The notes under the pieces are model-generated. The model was not told the origin of the DNA and ran no database searches. It saw nothing but the letters and a program-made list of their open reading frames with translations. Below are positions 1 through 10,137 of a DNA stretch of 64,000 bases, one piece after another. Within the stretch, counting starts at the first letter, position 1. Every line of letters starts with the position of its first letter. The stretch comes from Thermodesulfobacteriota bacterium (GTDB taxonomy: Bacteria; Desulfobacterota; Binatia; Bin18), in contig OZ219926.1 of assembly GCA_964291405.2 (NCBI GenBank), positions 3,136,001 to 3,200,000 of the forward strand, written 5' to 3'. The translations under genes and the position numbers were made by a program.

Positions 1-1
1 C

Positions 2-589
2 TTTTGCCTGACTCGTCCTCTGACTGAACGCTTTGATAAAAGACAGGTTGTTCTCGGTTTAGCGGCTTTTGCCATCTTTTTTGGGCCCCTCCTGATTTTT
101 TTACGGTTGCTTGGCCTGATGCCCGAAAACGGGCATCCGAACCTGCTGCCCATTATCGCCGGCCATGTCATCCTCCTGGTCACTGCGGTAGTCGCTATCG
201 ATATCCTGATCCCTTCCATGATCGCCGATACTGTGGACGAAAATGAGATTGCGACCGGAAAACGCCAAGAGGGAATATTTTTCTCGACTATTACATTTTG
301 TGCAAAGGCGGCGTCCGGCATCGGCGGATTTCTGGCAGGTGTGGCTCTCGACCTCATCCAGTTTCCGACCATGGCAGAACCCGAAACGGTTGCGGACGCT
401 CAGGTTTTCACTTTGGGTCTTGCCGTTGGCCCGGGGTTAATGGTGCTTTTTCTGTGTGCGCTGGTCTTTTTATCCCGGTATCAAATGACGCGTACCCGTC
501 ATCTTGAGATCCTGGCTGAGCTCGACCGTCGCCAGAACGATACCGCCCGGCGCGAACCAGGCGTCGCTTCTGCTTCTGCCGGCTGTTAA
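2..589 (+). CDS. MFS/GPH-family (MelB-like) transporter, 5'-truncated by the window edge
   Basis: Frame is open from base 2. Hydrophobic helices and the C-terminal motif SMIADTVDENE..TGKRQEGIFFS typical of GPH symporters. Confidence 0.8.
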   Translation, partial: FCLTRPLTERFDKRQVVLGLAAFAIFFGPLLIFLRLLGLMPENGHPNLLPIIAGHVILLVTAVVAIDILIPSMIADTVDENEIATGKRQEGIFFSTITFCAKAASGIGGFLAGVALDLIQFPTMAEPETVADAQVFTLGLAVGPGLMVLFLCALVFLSRYQMTRTRHLEILAELDRRQNDTARREPGVASASAGC

Positions 590-749
590 GGTAGACAGAC
601 CCACGGCCGTGCCCGCCTCCGTTTTCTTTCCTTTTCTCTTGCATTTCTCTCTCAAAGAAGCCACAAGGAGAAAAAACGCCTCCCGCCTCTATGATGAGAG
701 GGGGAGGCGAGGGGATACACTAACGGACACTCGCGGAAGGAGGGCTGTC

Positions 750-1859
750 ATGAAAGTTGGCATGTCGGTTTTTATGCAGAATACAGGCGAGCGGTGGTCT
801 GACTACGAAGTCTATAAGAATGATCTTCGTCTGGCGGACCAGGCTGAAGACCTGGGCTTTGACTCATTATGGAGCGTTGAGCACCATTTTACGCCCTATA
901 CCATGGTCCCCAATGTCACCCAGTTCCTGACGTATATGGCCGGTCGAACGCAGAAGATTGAACTGGGAACCATGGTGATTGTCTTACCCTGGCACGATCC
1001 TGTGCGCGTTGCAGAAGAAATTGCCATGCTCGACCTCTTGTCCGATGGCCGCATCACCATCGGCTTTGGCCGCGGGGCGGCAACGGTGGAGTATGATGGC
1101 TTCCGCATTCCCATGGAAGAATCTCGTGATCGTTTTGTTGAAGCCGCCGAGGTTGTCGTCAAGGCGCTGTCTCAGGAGCAGTTTTCGCACCAGGGCAAGT
1201 TTTTTCAAATTCCTGAGACGAGCATCCGACCGCGACCCTTTTCCCACCCGGAACAGCGCCTCTATGGCGCGGCCGTCAGCCCGGATACGGCCGAGCGGAT
1301 GGCCAAGCTAGGATTAGGCGTCTTGGTTGCCGTGCCGCTGCACGGCTGGGATGCGGTTGCGAAAGACGTCCAGCGGCATGACGAGATCATTCGGGCCGCG
1401 GGCAAGGAGCCTGTCCCGCCCATTGTGGCCAGTTTTGTCCATGTTGGGGAGACCGAGAAGGAAGCACGCGAAGGGGCAATGCAGTATATGGGTGGCTATT
1501 GGGGCTCGGCCGACGCCCACTACCATTTCTCAGACGGACACCTCAAGCAGGTCAAGGGCTATGAGCACTATGGGGTGATTGCCGATAATGCGAAGACGAC
1601 AACCCCGGAACAAGGAGTGCAGGATTTTGTCAATCTCCAAGTAGCCGGAACCCCGGAGCAGTGCATCGCTCAAATTCATGCCATGCAAGAAAAAGTCGGC
1701 TTCGACCATTTGATTGCGGTCTTCAGCTATGGGGGGATGCCTCCTGAGCAGACCGAGCGGAATATGCGGCTGTTCGCATCTGAAGTCCTGCCCAGGCTCC
1801 AAAGCCAAGGGGCCCCTGTCACGATCGGTGCGAACGTGTCCCACATCCCGGCCAAGTAG
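750..1859 (+). CDS. LLM-class (luciferase-like) flavin-dependent monooxygenase
   Basis: ATG at 750 after GGAAGGAGG. Motifs GFDSLWSVEHHF and PVRVAEEIAMLDLLSDGR..GFGRG. Confidence 0.9.
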   Translation: MKVGMSVFMQNTGERWSDYEVYKNDLRLADQAEDLGFDSLWSVEHHFTPYTMVPNVTQFLTYMAGRTQKIELGTMVIVLPWHDPVRVAEEIAMLDLLSDGRITIGFGRGAATVEYDGFRIPMEESRDRFVEAAEVVVKALSQEQFSHQGKFFQIPETSIRPRPFSHPEQRLYGAAVSPDTAERMAKLGLGVLVAVPLHGWDAVAKDVQRHDEIIRAAGKEPVPPIVASFVHVGETEKEAREGAMQYMGGYWGSADAHYHFSDGHLKQVKGYEHYGVIADNAKTTTPEQGVQDFVNLQVAGTPEQCIAQIHAMQEKVGFDHLIAVFSYGGMPPEQTERNMRLFASEVLPRLQSQGAPVTIGANVSHIPAK

Positions 1860-1880
1860 CAACGTTGCATCCGGTATTAT

Positions 1881-1915
1881 AAAAGGGAGCCTCAGTGCAG
1901 GCTCCCTTTATTTTT
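1881..1915 (+). terminator. Rho-independent terminator, possibly bidirectional
   Basis: AAAAGGGAGCCT-cagtgc-AGGCTCCCTTT followed by ATTTTT. Confidence 0.75.
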
Positions 1916-1933
1916 GTGCGTAAAGGAGGCGTT

Positions 1934-3310
1934 GTGAGATTCGCCAAGGATATTCTGTGTATCGGGGCGGGCTATGTTGGCGGGCCAACCATGGCCATGA
2001 TTGCTGCTCGCTGCCCCCAGTACAAGGTGACCGTTGTGGACATCAACCACGCCCGTATTGCGGCCTGGCGGAGTGACCACCTGCCGATCTATGAGCCCGG
2101 TCTCGACGCGGTGGTGAGGCAGGCGCGAGGCCGCAACCTTTTTTTTTCAACTCAGGTCGAGCAGGGCATTCGTGACGCAGATATTATCTTTGTCTCGGTC
2201 AATACCCCTACGAAAACCTTTGGTCAGGGGGCAGGGAGAGCGGCGGATTTACAATACTGGGAAAAAACCGCGCGCCAGATTCTTGAGCACGCCGATCGCA
2301 ACAAGATTGTGGTGGAAAAATCGACGCTGCCGGTCCGGACTGCTGAGGCGATGGAGCGCATCCTCAACGCCAATACGAAGAACATCCGTTTTGAGGTACT
2401 CTCCAACCCGGAATTTCTGGCCGAGGGCAGCGCCATCACCGACCTGGAAGCGCCAGACCGTGTCCTGATTGGGTCGAAAGAAACGCCCGAGGGAATCACA
2501 GCCAGGAAGGTCATTGTCGATATTTACGCCAACTGGGTGCCGAGAGAGAATATTATTGAGTCGAACGTCTGGAGTTCCGAGCTATCGAAGCTGGCGGCGA
2601 ACGCCTTTTTGGCCCAGCGTATCTCTTCCATCAATACGATTTCTGCCCTGTGTGAAAAAACAGAGGCTGACGTGGATGAAGTCGCCTACGCCATTGGAAA
2701 AGATTCGCGGATCGGGCCAAAGTTCTTGAAGGCGAGCGTCGGCTTTGGTGGATCGTGTTTTAAAAAGGACATTCTCAACCTCGTCTACATCTGTCACAGC
2801 TACGGTCTCAGCGAAGTGGCCGAGTATTGGGAGTCGGTCGTCAAAATTAACGAATGGCAGGAGAGCCGCTTTGTGCGGACCATCCTCGAAAGCATGTTCA
2901 ACACGGTGGCTGGCAAACGCATCGCCCTGCTGGGTTTTGCCTTTAAGGCCAACACCGGAGACACGCGTGAATCTCCGGCCATTTATATTGCGCGTGGCCT
3001 TGCCGAAGAACGGGCCGAGGTCGTGGTGACCGACCCGCAGGCGCTCGCCAATGCGCAAGATGATCTGGTGGATATGGGAGACCGAGTGCGCTTCGAATCC
3101 GACCCCTATACCGCCGCGGAGGGAGCGCACGCCCTGGCGATTCTGACCGAGTGGGATATGTATCGCCAGCTCGATTACGCCCGCATTCTTGCGTCTATGG
3201 AGCAACCGGCCTTCCTCTTCGACGGACGCAACATCCTGGACCATCAACGGCTGTTTGAGCTGGGTTTCAACGTCTTCCCGATTGGAAAGTCCGCGCTCAA
3301 GCATTTCTGA
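1934..3310 (+). CDS. ugd: UDP-glucose 6-dehydrogenase
   Basis: GTG after AAGGAGG. Motifs [26 protein letters not shown] and catalytic [10 protein letters not shown]. Confidence 0.95.
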   Translation: MRFAKDILCIGAGYVGGPTMAMIAARCPQYKVTVVDINHARIAAWRSDHLPIYEPGLDAVVRQARGRNLFFSTQVEQGIRDADIIFVSVNTPTKTFGQGAGRAADLQYWEKTARQILEHADRNKIVVEKSTLPVRTAEAMERILNANTKNIRFEVLSNPEFLAEGSAITDLEAPDRVLIGSKETPEGITARKVIVDIYANWVPRENIIESNVWSSELSKLAANAFLAQRISSINTISALCEKTEADVDEVAYAIGKDSRIGPKFLKASVGFGGSCFKKDILNLVYICHSYGLSEVAEYWESVVKINEWQESRFVRTILESMFNTVAGKRIALLGFAFKANTGDTRESPAIYIARGLAEERAEVVVTDPQALANAQDDLVDMGDRVRFESDPYTAAEGAHALAILTEWDMYRQLDYARILASMEQPAFLFDGRNILDHQRLFELGFNVFPIGKSALKHF

Positions 3311-3367
3311 TGGTCCGGCCGACCCCTGGGCTGGACCGGGAATTCTTACGGGCTATTCCTCGGCGCC

Positions 3368-4036
3368 CTAGACCGACCATGTTTCGGTCCGATACGCCTG
3401 CTCCCAGAAGAGATATTCATACCGACTGCTCTGGATGAAATGCGCCTCCCACTGTTTCCGCTCATCCGTAGAACTGTCCTGGGCCAGACGGTCGATAAGT
3501 GCCAACTGTTGCTGGACGTGGGCGCCGAACCCTTCGCCGCTGTAGGCTTGAGTCCACTCTGCGTAGAGCGGGTCGGTGGGAGGTGGGGCGTTGAGCTTCT
3601 TCCCGACCTCCCAATAGATCCAGTAGCACGGCAGGACGGCGGCAACGATTTCCGCCAGGCTGCCACCATGCGCAACCGCCAGAAGATGCCGGGTGTAGGC
3701 CTGCGTGATGGGCGCACGCTCGGTGCGGGCTAGGTCTTGAGGGGTGAGGCCGAGCTTGTCGCTCCAGTTGGTGTGCAGATGGCGTTCCACCTGGACCACG
3801 GTGGCTGCATGGTCGGCGAACATCTGGAGGGTGTCCAGCGTGTCCGCCTTGGCGCCGCCCAGGCACAAGGCGCGGGCGAAGTCCTGTAAATACAGATAGT
3901 CCTGCTGAACGAAAAAAAGAAAGCGCTCACGGCTGAGCGTGCCGGCTCCGAGTTCTCGGACGAACGGGTGAGAAAAAATCGCATCCCAGATGGGTTGCGC
4001 TGCCGTGCGTAATGTGTGATGAAAAGGCTGCGACAC
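3368..4036 (-). CDS. tenA: Thiaminase II / TenA family
   Basis: Motifs HPFVRELGAGTL, QDYLYL, LPCYWIY (catalytic Cys) and SRYEYLFW. Confidence 0.9.
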   Translation of the reverse strand: MSQPFHHTLRTAAQPIWDAIFSHPFVRELGAGTLSRERFLFFVQQDYLYLQDFARALCLGGAKADTLDTLQMFADHAATVVQVERHLHTNWSDKLGLTPQDLARTERAPITQAYTRHLLAVAHGGSLAEIVAAVLPCYWIYWEVGKKLNAPPPTDPLYAEWTQAYSGEGFGAHVQQQLALIDRLAQDSSTDERKQWEAHFIQSSRYEYLFWEQAYRTETWSV

Positions 4037-4065
4037 GAAGCACTCTTCCTTTCTCGTGCGGTAAA

Positions 4066-5127
4066 CTAGGCCGGGAACTGTTTTAACACCGGTAAGACTT
4101 CGGTGTTAAAAAGTTCGTCGTGCAGCGTCAGATGAAAACACTCGGCTCCAAGCTGCTGGAACTCTTGCATTCGCCGCAAAATAGTATCCGGACTGCCGAT
4201 TAAGCCGCTGGCGTAGCCTTCGTTGGAATCGAGCATGGCGAGCTTATTCTCTCGGTCTGCCCACATGCCTTGCGCGCCACTCACCCGTCTTCCTCGGCGT
4301 TTCAGTAAGGTATCGTCGACCGCATTTATCATCGCCGTGATTTCTGCCTGCGCTTCCGCATCCGTGCGCCGACACAGGGGGATGGAGTAGAGGGCAAAGC
4401 GGAGCTGGCGGCCGGTTTTTGTGGTTCGTTTACGAGCAGCTTCAATGATGCCAGCTATTTTTTCCGGGGAGCCGCCGTTTAAGAACATCCAGTCCGAGTG
4501 ACGGGCGGCCATATTCATTGCCGCCTCGGATTGTCCGCCCTGAAACACCTCAAGCGGGCCGATGGGGCGCGGTTCAAGCCGCAGTCCATCGACCTGATAA
4601 AAGCGCCCGGCGAACGAAAACTCTTCGTGCGTCCAGGCGCCGCGCAGGATTTGGATGAACTCGCTCGTTCGCGCGTAGCGCTCATCGTGCTCGATGAGCT
4701 CGGCGCCGTACATTCCAAACTCGGCTTCATGCCAACCCGAGGTCACATTGATTGACCAGCGACCGTTAGTGAGACGGTTCAGCGTGGCGCTCCATTTGGC
4801 AATGGGGGCTGGCAAAAAAAATCCTGGATGAATAGCGGTAATCAGGTGGATATGGTCAGTATGTGCCGCATAGAAATCCGTCATCGCCAGACAGTCGTAT
4901 GAAGAGCCCTCAATCTCCGCTCCCGTTCCCCACCAGCGCTGGGCAACGAGTAGATAGTCGATGCCCAAGGCCTCAGCCTTCTGCACCGGGGAGAGCAAGC
5001 TCTGCACCAGCGCGGGACCAGACCGGCCAGCGCCCGTTCTCCCGGGCCTCTTTCCTGTGGCTTGCCGTGTCAGATTTGGAGCGGCCAGGGCGGTTGGGGC
5101 CCAGGTGCATGTTTTGATGGTGGCCAT
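4066..5127 (-). CDS. LLM-class flavin-dependent monooxygenase (SsuD/SfnG/RutA-like)
   Basis: Motifs AIHPG, GRWSINVTSGW, HDERYARTSEF, FQGGQS and GLIGSPD. Confidence 0.85.
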   Translation of the reverse strand: MATIKTCTWAPTALAAPNLTRQATGKRPGRTGAGRSGPALVQSLLSPVQKAEALGIDYLLVAQRWWGTGAEIEGSSYDCLAMTDFYAAHTDHIHLITAIHPGFFLPAPIAKWSATLNRLTNGRWSINVTSGWHEAEFGMYGAELIEHDERYARTSEFIQILRGAWTHEEFSFAGRFYQVDGLRLEPRPIGPLEVFQGGQSEAAMNMAARHSDWMFLNGGSPEKIAGIIEAARKRTTKTGRQLRFALYSIPLCRRTDAEAQAEITAMINAVDDTLLKRRGRRVSGAQGMWADRENKLAMLDSNEGYASGLIGSPDTILRRMQEFQQLGAECFHLTLHDELFNTEVLPVLKQFPA

Positions 5128-5171
5128 AATTGATGGGATGTCAGAGCGGGGTGAGGGTCTGTCTGAAGGCC

Positions 5172-5828
5172 TTACATGAATCGCAGCTCGGCATCGAGTA
5201 CGCCATCCTCATACTGGGCGACGATGTACCCGCCCGCTGCAAAAGGACCGGCGTTCAGTATTTTTGTGCGGCCGATCCTATCAACTCCCGGGGACTCATG
5301 GATATGGCCGGTGATACACAAATGGGGCTGTTTCTCCGCGATGAATTGGCGGACGGCGGGGCTGCCAACCGGTCTTCCATCGACGAGTCGATCGAGCTGC
5401 GTCGCATAGGGAGGTGTATGACAGACCATAATCTGACACGGAGTCGGTGGAACATCGGCAGCCGCTTGTTGCAGGATCTGCCACAGTATTTCATCCGTAT
5501 ATTCTAGCGGCGTCTGAAATGGGGTCAGATTTGATCCTCCACACCCATAGATGGTCACCTCACCATAGCACTGATGTTCCCCGTGCAAGCTGACCTGTTC
5601 GGTCTGAAGAAAGGCGATCGTCTCCGGTTGGTCCAAATTCCCCGGTAGAGCCCGGACTGTTGGACAGTATATTTGGGCGGCCCGAATGACCTGCCGGACG
5701 GCGCGTGGCCCCCCAAAGTTTGTCAGATCACCCGAGAGAAGGACTACATCGGCGCTCGTCAACTCCGCGCTGATGGTTTCCATGTGCGCGGTAGCCATAT
5801 GTATATCGCCAAACGACACGATTTTCAC
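5172..5828 (-). CDS. Metallophosphoesterase (Icc-like)
   Basis: Motifs GDIH, GDLT, PGNLD, HTPP and GHIHE. Confidence 0.9.
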   Translation of the reverse strand: MKIVSFGDIHMATAHMETISAELTSADVVLLSGDLTNFGGPRAVRQVIRAAQIYCPTVRALPGNLDQPETIAFLQTEQVSLHGEHQCYGEVTIYGCGGSNLTPFQTPLEYTDEILWQILQQAAADVPPTPCQIMVCHTPPYATQLDRLVDGRPVGSPAVRQFIAEKQPHLCITGHIHESPGVDRIGRTKILNAGPFAAGGYIVAQYEDGVLDAELRFM

Positions 5829-5992
5829 GGCGGTTGCCCTGGGGAAAGTAGAGAGAAAGCGGTACTTTTGGACTTGTAATGGATTCCCGAGTGAGGGTCA
5901 ACGGACCGACAAGGGGTCTGCCCTTCCACCGGTCTTGCAAAAGCCATCGGAATCAGGAAATACTACTAGGTCTTCTGGAATATGGTGCATGC

Positions 5993-6289
5993 ATGCCGAA
6001 AAAAATCCGATCGAAGGTGCTCGCTATTGGTCGTCCATTGCGAGTGGAGATCGAGCTTAATGGTGAATGGCTCGAACGCCTTCGTGGGGTATTACAGGAG
6101 ATAGGAGAGGGAGAGAAGTCCTACCCACTCCATCGTTATCTCGAAGAATTACTGGAAGCAGATATCGTCTACCGGGAAGGCGGCGTGCGGCATCGTAGAC
6201 GGCTCGTAGAACGAGAAGTGCTTATCCGCCGGCTGCGTGAACAGCGACCGTATGACCACACGCCACGAGCCTCTGCGAATAAGCGTTAA
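5993..6289 (+). CDS. Hypothetical protein
   Basis: ORF with ATG at 5993 (MPKKIRSK) filling an intergenic gap. No recognised motif. Confidence 0.45.
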   Translation: MPKKIRSKVLAIGRPLRVEIELNGEWLERLRGVLQEIGEGEKSYPLHRYLEELLEADIVYREGGVRHRRRLVEREVLIRRLREQRPYDHTPRASANKR

Positions 6290-6387
6290 TGGCGTGGGGG
6301 AGTGACTGTTTCCCTGTCACGCTCGCTACCGAGGCTTCCCGAGTAGGGTTGACACAACGCCCCTGAAGACGGTCGATCACTCTCCGT

Positions 6388-7191
6388 ATGAGCTTGGTCA
6401 ATCTGCGTATTGTTCTTGTTCGGCCGAAATACTCCGGTAATATCGGCGCGACAGCGCGGGCGATGCGGAACTGCGGGATGACTGATTTGCACCTCGTCAA
6501 TCCAGACCCGATACAGCGTAATGTGGCTGATGCGCTGGCGGTCCACGCCAAAGACGTGCTCGATACCATGCAGATACACTCTTCTCTGCGTGCGGCCGTG
6601 AGTCCCTGTGGTCTGGTTGTGGGGACCACGTGCCGGACCGGCCTGTATCGGGAAGGCGCAGGCACGCTTGAGGCGCGCGCGGCTGAGATTGTGGCCAGCC
6701 TCAAAAGCAATCGTGTTGCACTCGTTTTTGGTCCAGAAGACAGCGGCTTGAGCAATGAGGATTTACGGTGCTGCCATACCTTACTGAAAATCCCAACTGA
6801 TCCTGCGTTTGCCTCACTGAATATTGCGCAGGCCGTCTTGCTATGTTGCTATGCTGTTTTCCGTGGGACACAGCAGACAGAGGATGACAATCAGCCGGTG
6901 TTCGCGTCTTCTGAGCGACAGGAGTTGATGTACGAAAAGCTCAAAGCCGCGCTCTTGCAGGTTGGCTTTCTGCCCCAGGATAACCCTGAGCATATCATGC
7001 TCGCCCTCCGTCGTCTGTTTGGCCGAGCCGGACTGGAAGACCGCGACGTCCGCATTCTTCTTGGTATTGCCCATCAAATTGAGTGGTATGCCCAAGGAGG
7101 ATGGCAGCGCCGGGAGCAGGTCGAGCAGAGGTCGTCGCCGTACCGTACGGCAAAACACGATGCGCAAAAAGTGAGCGAAGATCGTGGCTGA
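6388..7191 (+). CDS. trmJ: tRNA (cytidine/uridine-2'-O)-methyltransferase TrmJ/LasT (SPOUT)
   Basis: Motifs GNIGATARAMRNCG, VFGPEDSGLSNEDL and SLNIAQAV. Confidence 0.9.
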   Translation: MSLVNLRIVLVRPKYSGNIGATARAMRNCGMTDLHLVNPDPIQRNVADALAVHAKDVLDTMQIHSSLRAAVSPCGLVVGTTCRTGLYREGAGTLEARAAEIVASLKSNRVALVFGPEDSGLSNEDLRCCHTLLKIPTDPAFASLNIAQAVLLCCYAVFRGTQQTEDDNQPVFASSERQELMYEKLKAALLQVGFLPQDNPEHIMLALRRLFGRAGLEDRDVRILLGIAHQIEWYAQGGWQRREQVEQRSSPYRTAKHDAQKVSEDRG

Positions 7192-7396
7192 GATCATTTA
7201 TTTGCGGAAAATCATCCAGGCTCGCCGTCGTGAGCAGCAACAAGAGTGTGCCGCTCGGTGTGTGGAGATTGTGGAAAGGAGTCTGCGACATCACATCGAG
7301 GAGTTTGCGCACGCCCCACCCCAAGAGTGGGCGGTTCGCGCCACCAAGATTCGTAAACTCGGAGAAATATTGGAGTATTCAACACATATCGTCTAG
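7184..7396 (+). CDS. Small hypothetical protein
   Basis: 70-aa helical ORF (MAEIIYL) overlapping the trmJ stop. Confidence 0.6.
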   Translation: MAEIIYLRKIIQARRREQQQECAARCVEIVERSLRHHIEEFAHAPPQEWAVRATKIRKLGEILEYSTHIV

Positions 7397-7459
7397 ACGA
7401 TATTCCTCTGTTTTCTTTGGGGTTGCCTCTTGGTGTGTGAACGAGAGGAAAGGAACGGT

Positions 7460-8050
7460 ATGGCAAAAGCAGCTTCACAATCGACAAGCAAGACAGCGGC
7501 AAAAAAGACCACTAGCGCGACAAAAAAGACCGGTCGTACGCGGAAAAGTCCGGCCAAGAAAACCGCCGTCGCAAATGAGTCGGCGGTCCATGCCGCGATT
7601 CTGACACTACAGCAACGGCTCGAAACCTTAGAGGGAAATCTCTCGCAAGGCTTGACCGCCCTCGTGGCTGAGATCAAGGAACTCCGTTCTGCCGCTCCGG
7701 TCGATCCGCCTCAATCCGGCTTGACTGAAGAAACGGTCGGAGCCCTCCTGCAAGAGACATTACGGAAGCATATCGAGGAGCAGATAGAGCCCGTGACGAC
7801 CACGCTCCGCCGCATTGAGGAGCGGGTTGGTTTTATCGGGAACCGTTTGAAATCGTCAGGCGGAGGGGGGAGGAATAAGTCGGGGCGCCGGGAGCAGTCT
7901 CCGAATACGCGCGCTAAGGGTCCGAATACGCCCCGCCCGGGCCAGAGCCCGGGACAGAATTGGGCACCTCCATCTGCCGCGTCGGTCCAAGGACATTTTA
8001 CGCCGCGTCCAATGAGCCTGGACCACTTGGCTCGAGAAGACGACGAATAG
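7460..8050 (+). CDS. Hypothetical protein with Lys/Ala/Thr-rich N-terminus and coiled coil
   Basis: ATG after GAAAGGA. AAKKTTSATKK..PAKK basic tail, then heptad-like segments. Confidence 0.7.
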   Translation: MAKAASQSTSKTAAKKTTSATKKTGRTRKSPAKKTAVANESAVHAAILTLQQRLETLEGNLSQGLTALVAEIKELRSAAPVDPPQSGLTEETVGALLQETLRKHIEEQIEPVTTTLRRIEERVGFIGNRLKSSGGGGRNKSGRREQSPNTRAKGPNTPRPGQSPGQNWAPPSAASVQGHFTPRPMSLDHLAREDDE

Positions 8051-8083
8051 GACTTAGGGCTGGCTATGACGAAGACCGGAGTG

Positions 8084-8557
8084 CTAGTCAACCGCGTGTG
8101 GGTCCGCTCGGAGCGCAATATCGCGGAGAAAAGTGTTCAGCCGCCGTTTGTCTTTCTCTAGGGAAAGAAAGAACTGGGTGGCGTCGGGGAGGTCGGGGTC
8201 CCAGTAAATGGCCTGCTCGTTATACTGCTGGGTCAGGGTTTGGCTATCCTCAAGGTCGTGAACAACCCGGGACCAGTGGTTGTGCCCTCCTTTTGGTGAA
8301 GCCTCTTCGGCTTCACTCCACTCGCCCTCCAACTCAGCGATTTTATCTTGGATACGCTGGGTAATGCGCTCCTGCTCTTCTGCGGCGGCACGCAGTTGAT
8401 CCCGACCCGCCTGATGGGGCGCAAGCTCCGCGTGGGCGAGGATTTGCTGGGTGAGCTGTTTTTCTGCCCGACAGCTCGTCACGAGTGTTGGCACTAACTG
8501 TTGCGGATCTTTATGCTGCGGCTCCTCAGAGCCGACAAAACGTTGCCAAAAACCCAT
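8084..8557 (-). CDS. Hypothetical protein, ferritin-like four-helix bundle
   Basis: Helical ORF with paired acidic motifs (AEEQER, LEKDKRR). SD GGAGA upstream. Confidence 0.6.
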   Translation of the reverse strand: MGFWQRFVGSEEPQHKDPQQLVPTLVTSCRAEKQLTQQILAHAELAPHQAGRDQLRAAAEEQERITQRIQDKIAELEGEWSEAEEASPKGGHNHWSRVVHDLEDSQTLTQQYNEQAIYWDPDLPDATQFFLSLEKDKRRLNTFLRDIALRADPHAVD

Positions 8558-8694
8558 AGCGTTCTCCCGGACCGGAAGTACCGTGCCGGGTATGACTTGT
8601 CAAGGTCGGAAACGGTCCCGTTTCTTATCTTCCTTCTTTGCCGATGATAAGCTACTATGATACAGAATGGTGAAGCGGATAAGAAGGAATCACA

Positions 8695-8904
8695 ATGGCA
8701 CGCATCACGGTTGAAGACTGTCTGGCCCAGATCCCAAATCGATTTGAACTCGTTGTCGTTGCCGCGCACAGAGCGAAAGAACTCCTCAAGGGATCGCCGC
8801 GGCTCGTCGACTCGGATAATAAAGAAGTCGTGACTGCCCTGCGTGAAGTTGCGGCTGGCAAAGTGTGGAAGGAAAAGGCCCAAGAGGCGATTGAAGAAGC
8901 GTAG
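8695..8904 (+). CDS. rpoZ: RNA polymerase omega subunit
   Basis: [36 protein letters not shown]. Confidence 0.97.
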   Translation: MARITVEDCLAQIPNRFELVVVAAHRAKELLKGSPRLVDSDNKEVVTALREVAAGKVWKEKAQEAIEEA

Positions 8905-9058
8905 CTTGTTGCCTTTTGCTTTGTGGTATCCAGCGACCTTCCCTCCATCAGACGCGGCGTATCGGGGTACGAGCCCAGCACAGAGCCAACGTGGTTTATG
9001 AGAGACACGGGGCCGTCAGGATCGCCCCTGTTCGTTTTCGCTGTGTAATAAAGCTTTC

Positions 9059-10087
9059 ATGAAACGTGTGGCAAAAGATACAGAGCCCGTTGCCGTGCCC
9101 GTTCTGGCCGAACCCGAACGTGCAGACTCTGTGCCGGTCGAGCAGAACGGGCAGTCAGAACCGCCCATCGAAGTCAGTGCCACCACAGCCGACGAGGCTG
9201 ACAGGATGGAAACGGCGCTCATCCCCACGGATTCTCTCAGTCGTTATATGGCAGAGATCCGTCGCTATGCCCTGCTCTCGCCCGAAGAGGAGCACGAGTT
9301 GGCGGTCCAGTATAAAGAGTACGGCGATGTGCAGGCTGCCTATCGGCTCGTCACCGCAAACTTACGCTTAGTGGTCATGATTGCCCGGAGTTACCAGCGG
9401 GCGTTTCAGAATTTGCTCGACTTAATCCAGGAGGGGAATGTCGGCCTCATGGATGCGGTTCGGCATTTTGACCCGTACCGGGGCGTCCGGTTTCCCTCCT
9501 ATGCGGTCTGGTGGGTGCGAGCGTATATCATTCGCTACATTATGAACAATTGGCGTATGGTGAAGCTTGGCACGACCCAGGCCCAGCGAAAACTCTTCTT
9601 TAATCTGCAAAAGGAAAAGGAACGGCTCGAAGCCGAGGGCTATTCCCCCGAGCCAAAACGGCTCGCCCACAACCTGGGAGTGAAAGAACGTGAGGTCGTG
9701 GAGATGGAGCAGCGTATGGCAGCCCGCGACCTCTCGGTTGATGCGCCGCTTGACGCGGGGGACGAGTCTGCCACGTTTCTTGACTTCCTGGCCGATCAGA
9801 GCGCGAACGCGGAGGAAGCGGTCTCGACGCTCGAATACCAGCAGTTGATCCGTCGTAAGCTGATGGACTTTGCCCAGACCCTGGAAGGCAAAGAGGAAGT
9901 GATATTCAATCAACGTCTCTTCGCCGAAGAGCCCCTGACGCTTCAGGACATTGGCGATCAGTACGGCATCAGTCGTGAGCGGGTGCGCCAACTCGAAAGC
10001 CGGCTCAAGAAAAAATTAAAGGAATACTTAGTCCGTGAGATTCCGGACCTGACGGACCTCGATATTGGCCTAGCTGACGCAGGGTAA
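9059..10087 (+). CDS. rpoH: RNA polymerase sigma-32-like factor
   Basis: Region 2 DLIQEGNVGLM, RpoH box QRKLFFNLQKEK and region 4 ISRERVRQLE. Confidence 0.85.
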   Translation: MKRVAKDTEPVAVPVLAEPERADSVPVEQNGQSEPPIEVSATTADEADRMETALIPTDSLSRYMAEIRRYALLSPEEEHELAVQYKEYGDVQAAYRLVTANLRLVVMIARSYQRAFQNLLDLIQEGNVGLMDAVRHFDPYRGVRFPSYAVWWVRAYIIRYIMNNWRMVKLGTTQAQRKLFFNLQKEKERLEAEGYSPEPKRLAHNLGVKEREVVEMEQRMAARDLSVDAPLDAGDESATFLDFLADQSANAEEAVSTLEYQQLIRRKLMDFAQTLEGKEEVIFNQRLFAEEPLTLQDIGDQYGISRERVRQLESRLKKKLKEYLVREIPDLTDLDIGLADAG

Positions 10088-10137
10088 TCTTTTCCTTCAT
10101 ATTGCCACCGAGCGGAGAATCGGTTTATAGTGTGACT

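Noticed and set aside
504-749. Extended N-terminus of the LLM ORF, and similar extensions of the MATE, pckG and GT2 ORFs
   Set aside because: Downstream starts fit the family N-termini better, and the LLM and pckG starts have clear SD sequences.
8905-9058. Possible tRNA or ncRNA after rpoZ
   Set aside because: No cloverleaf, T-loop in context or CCA end could be identified.
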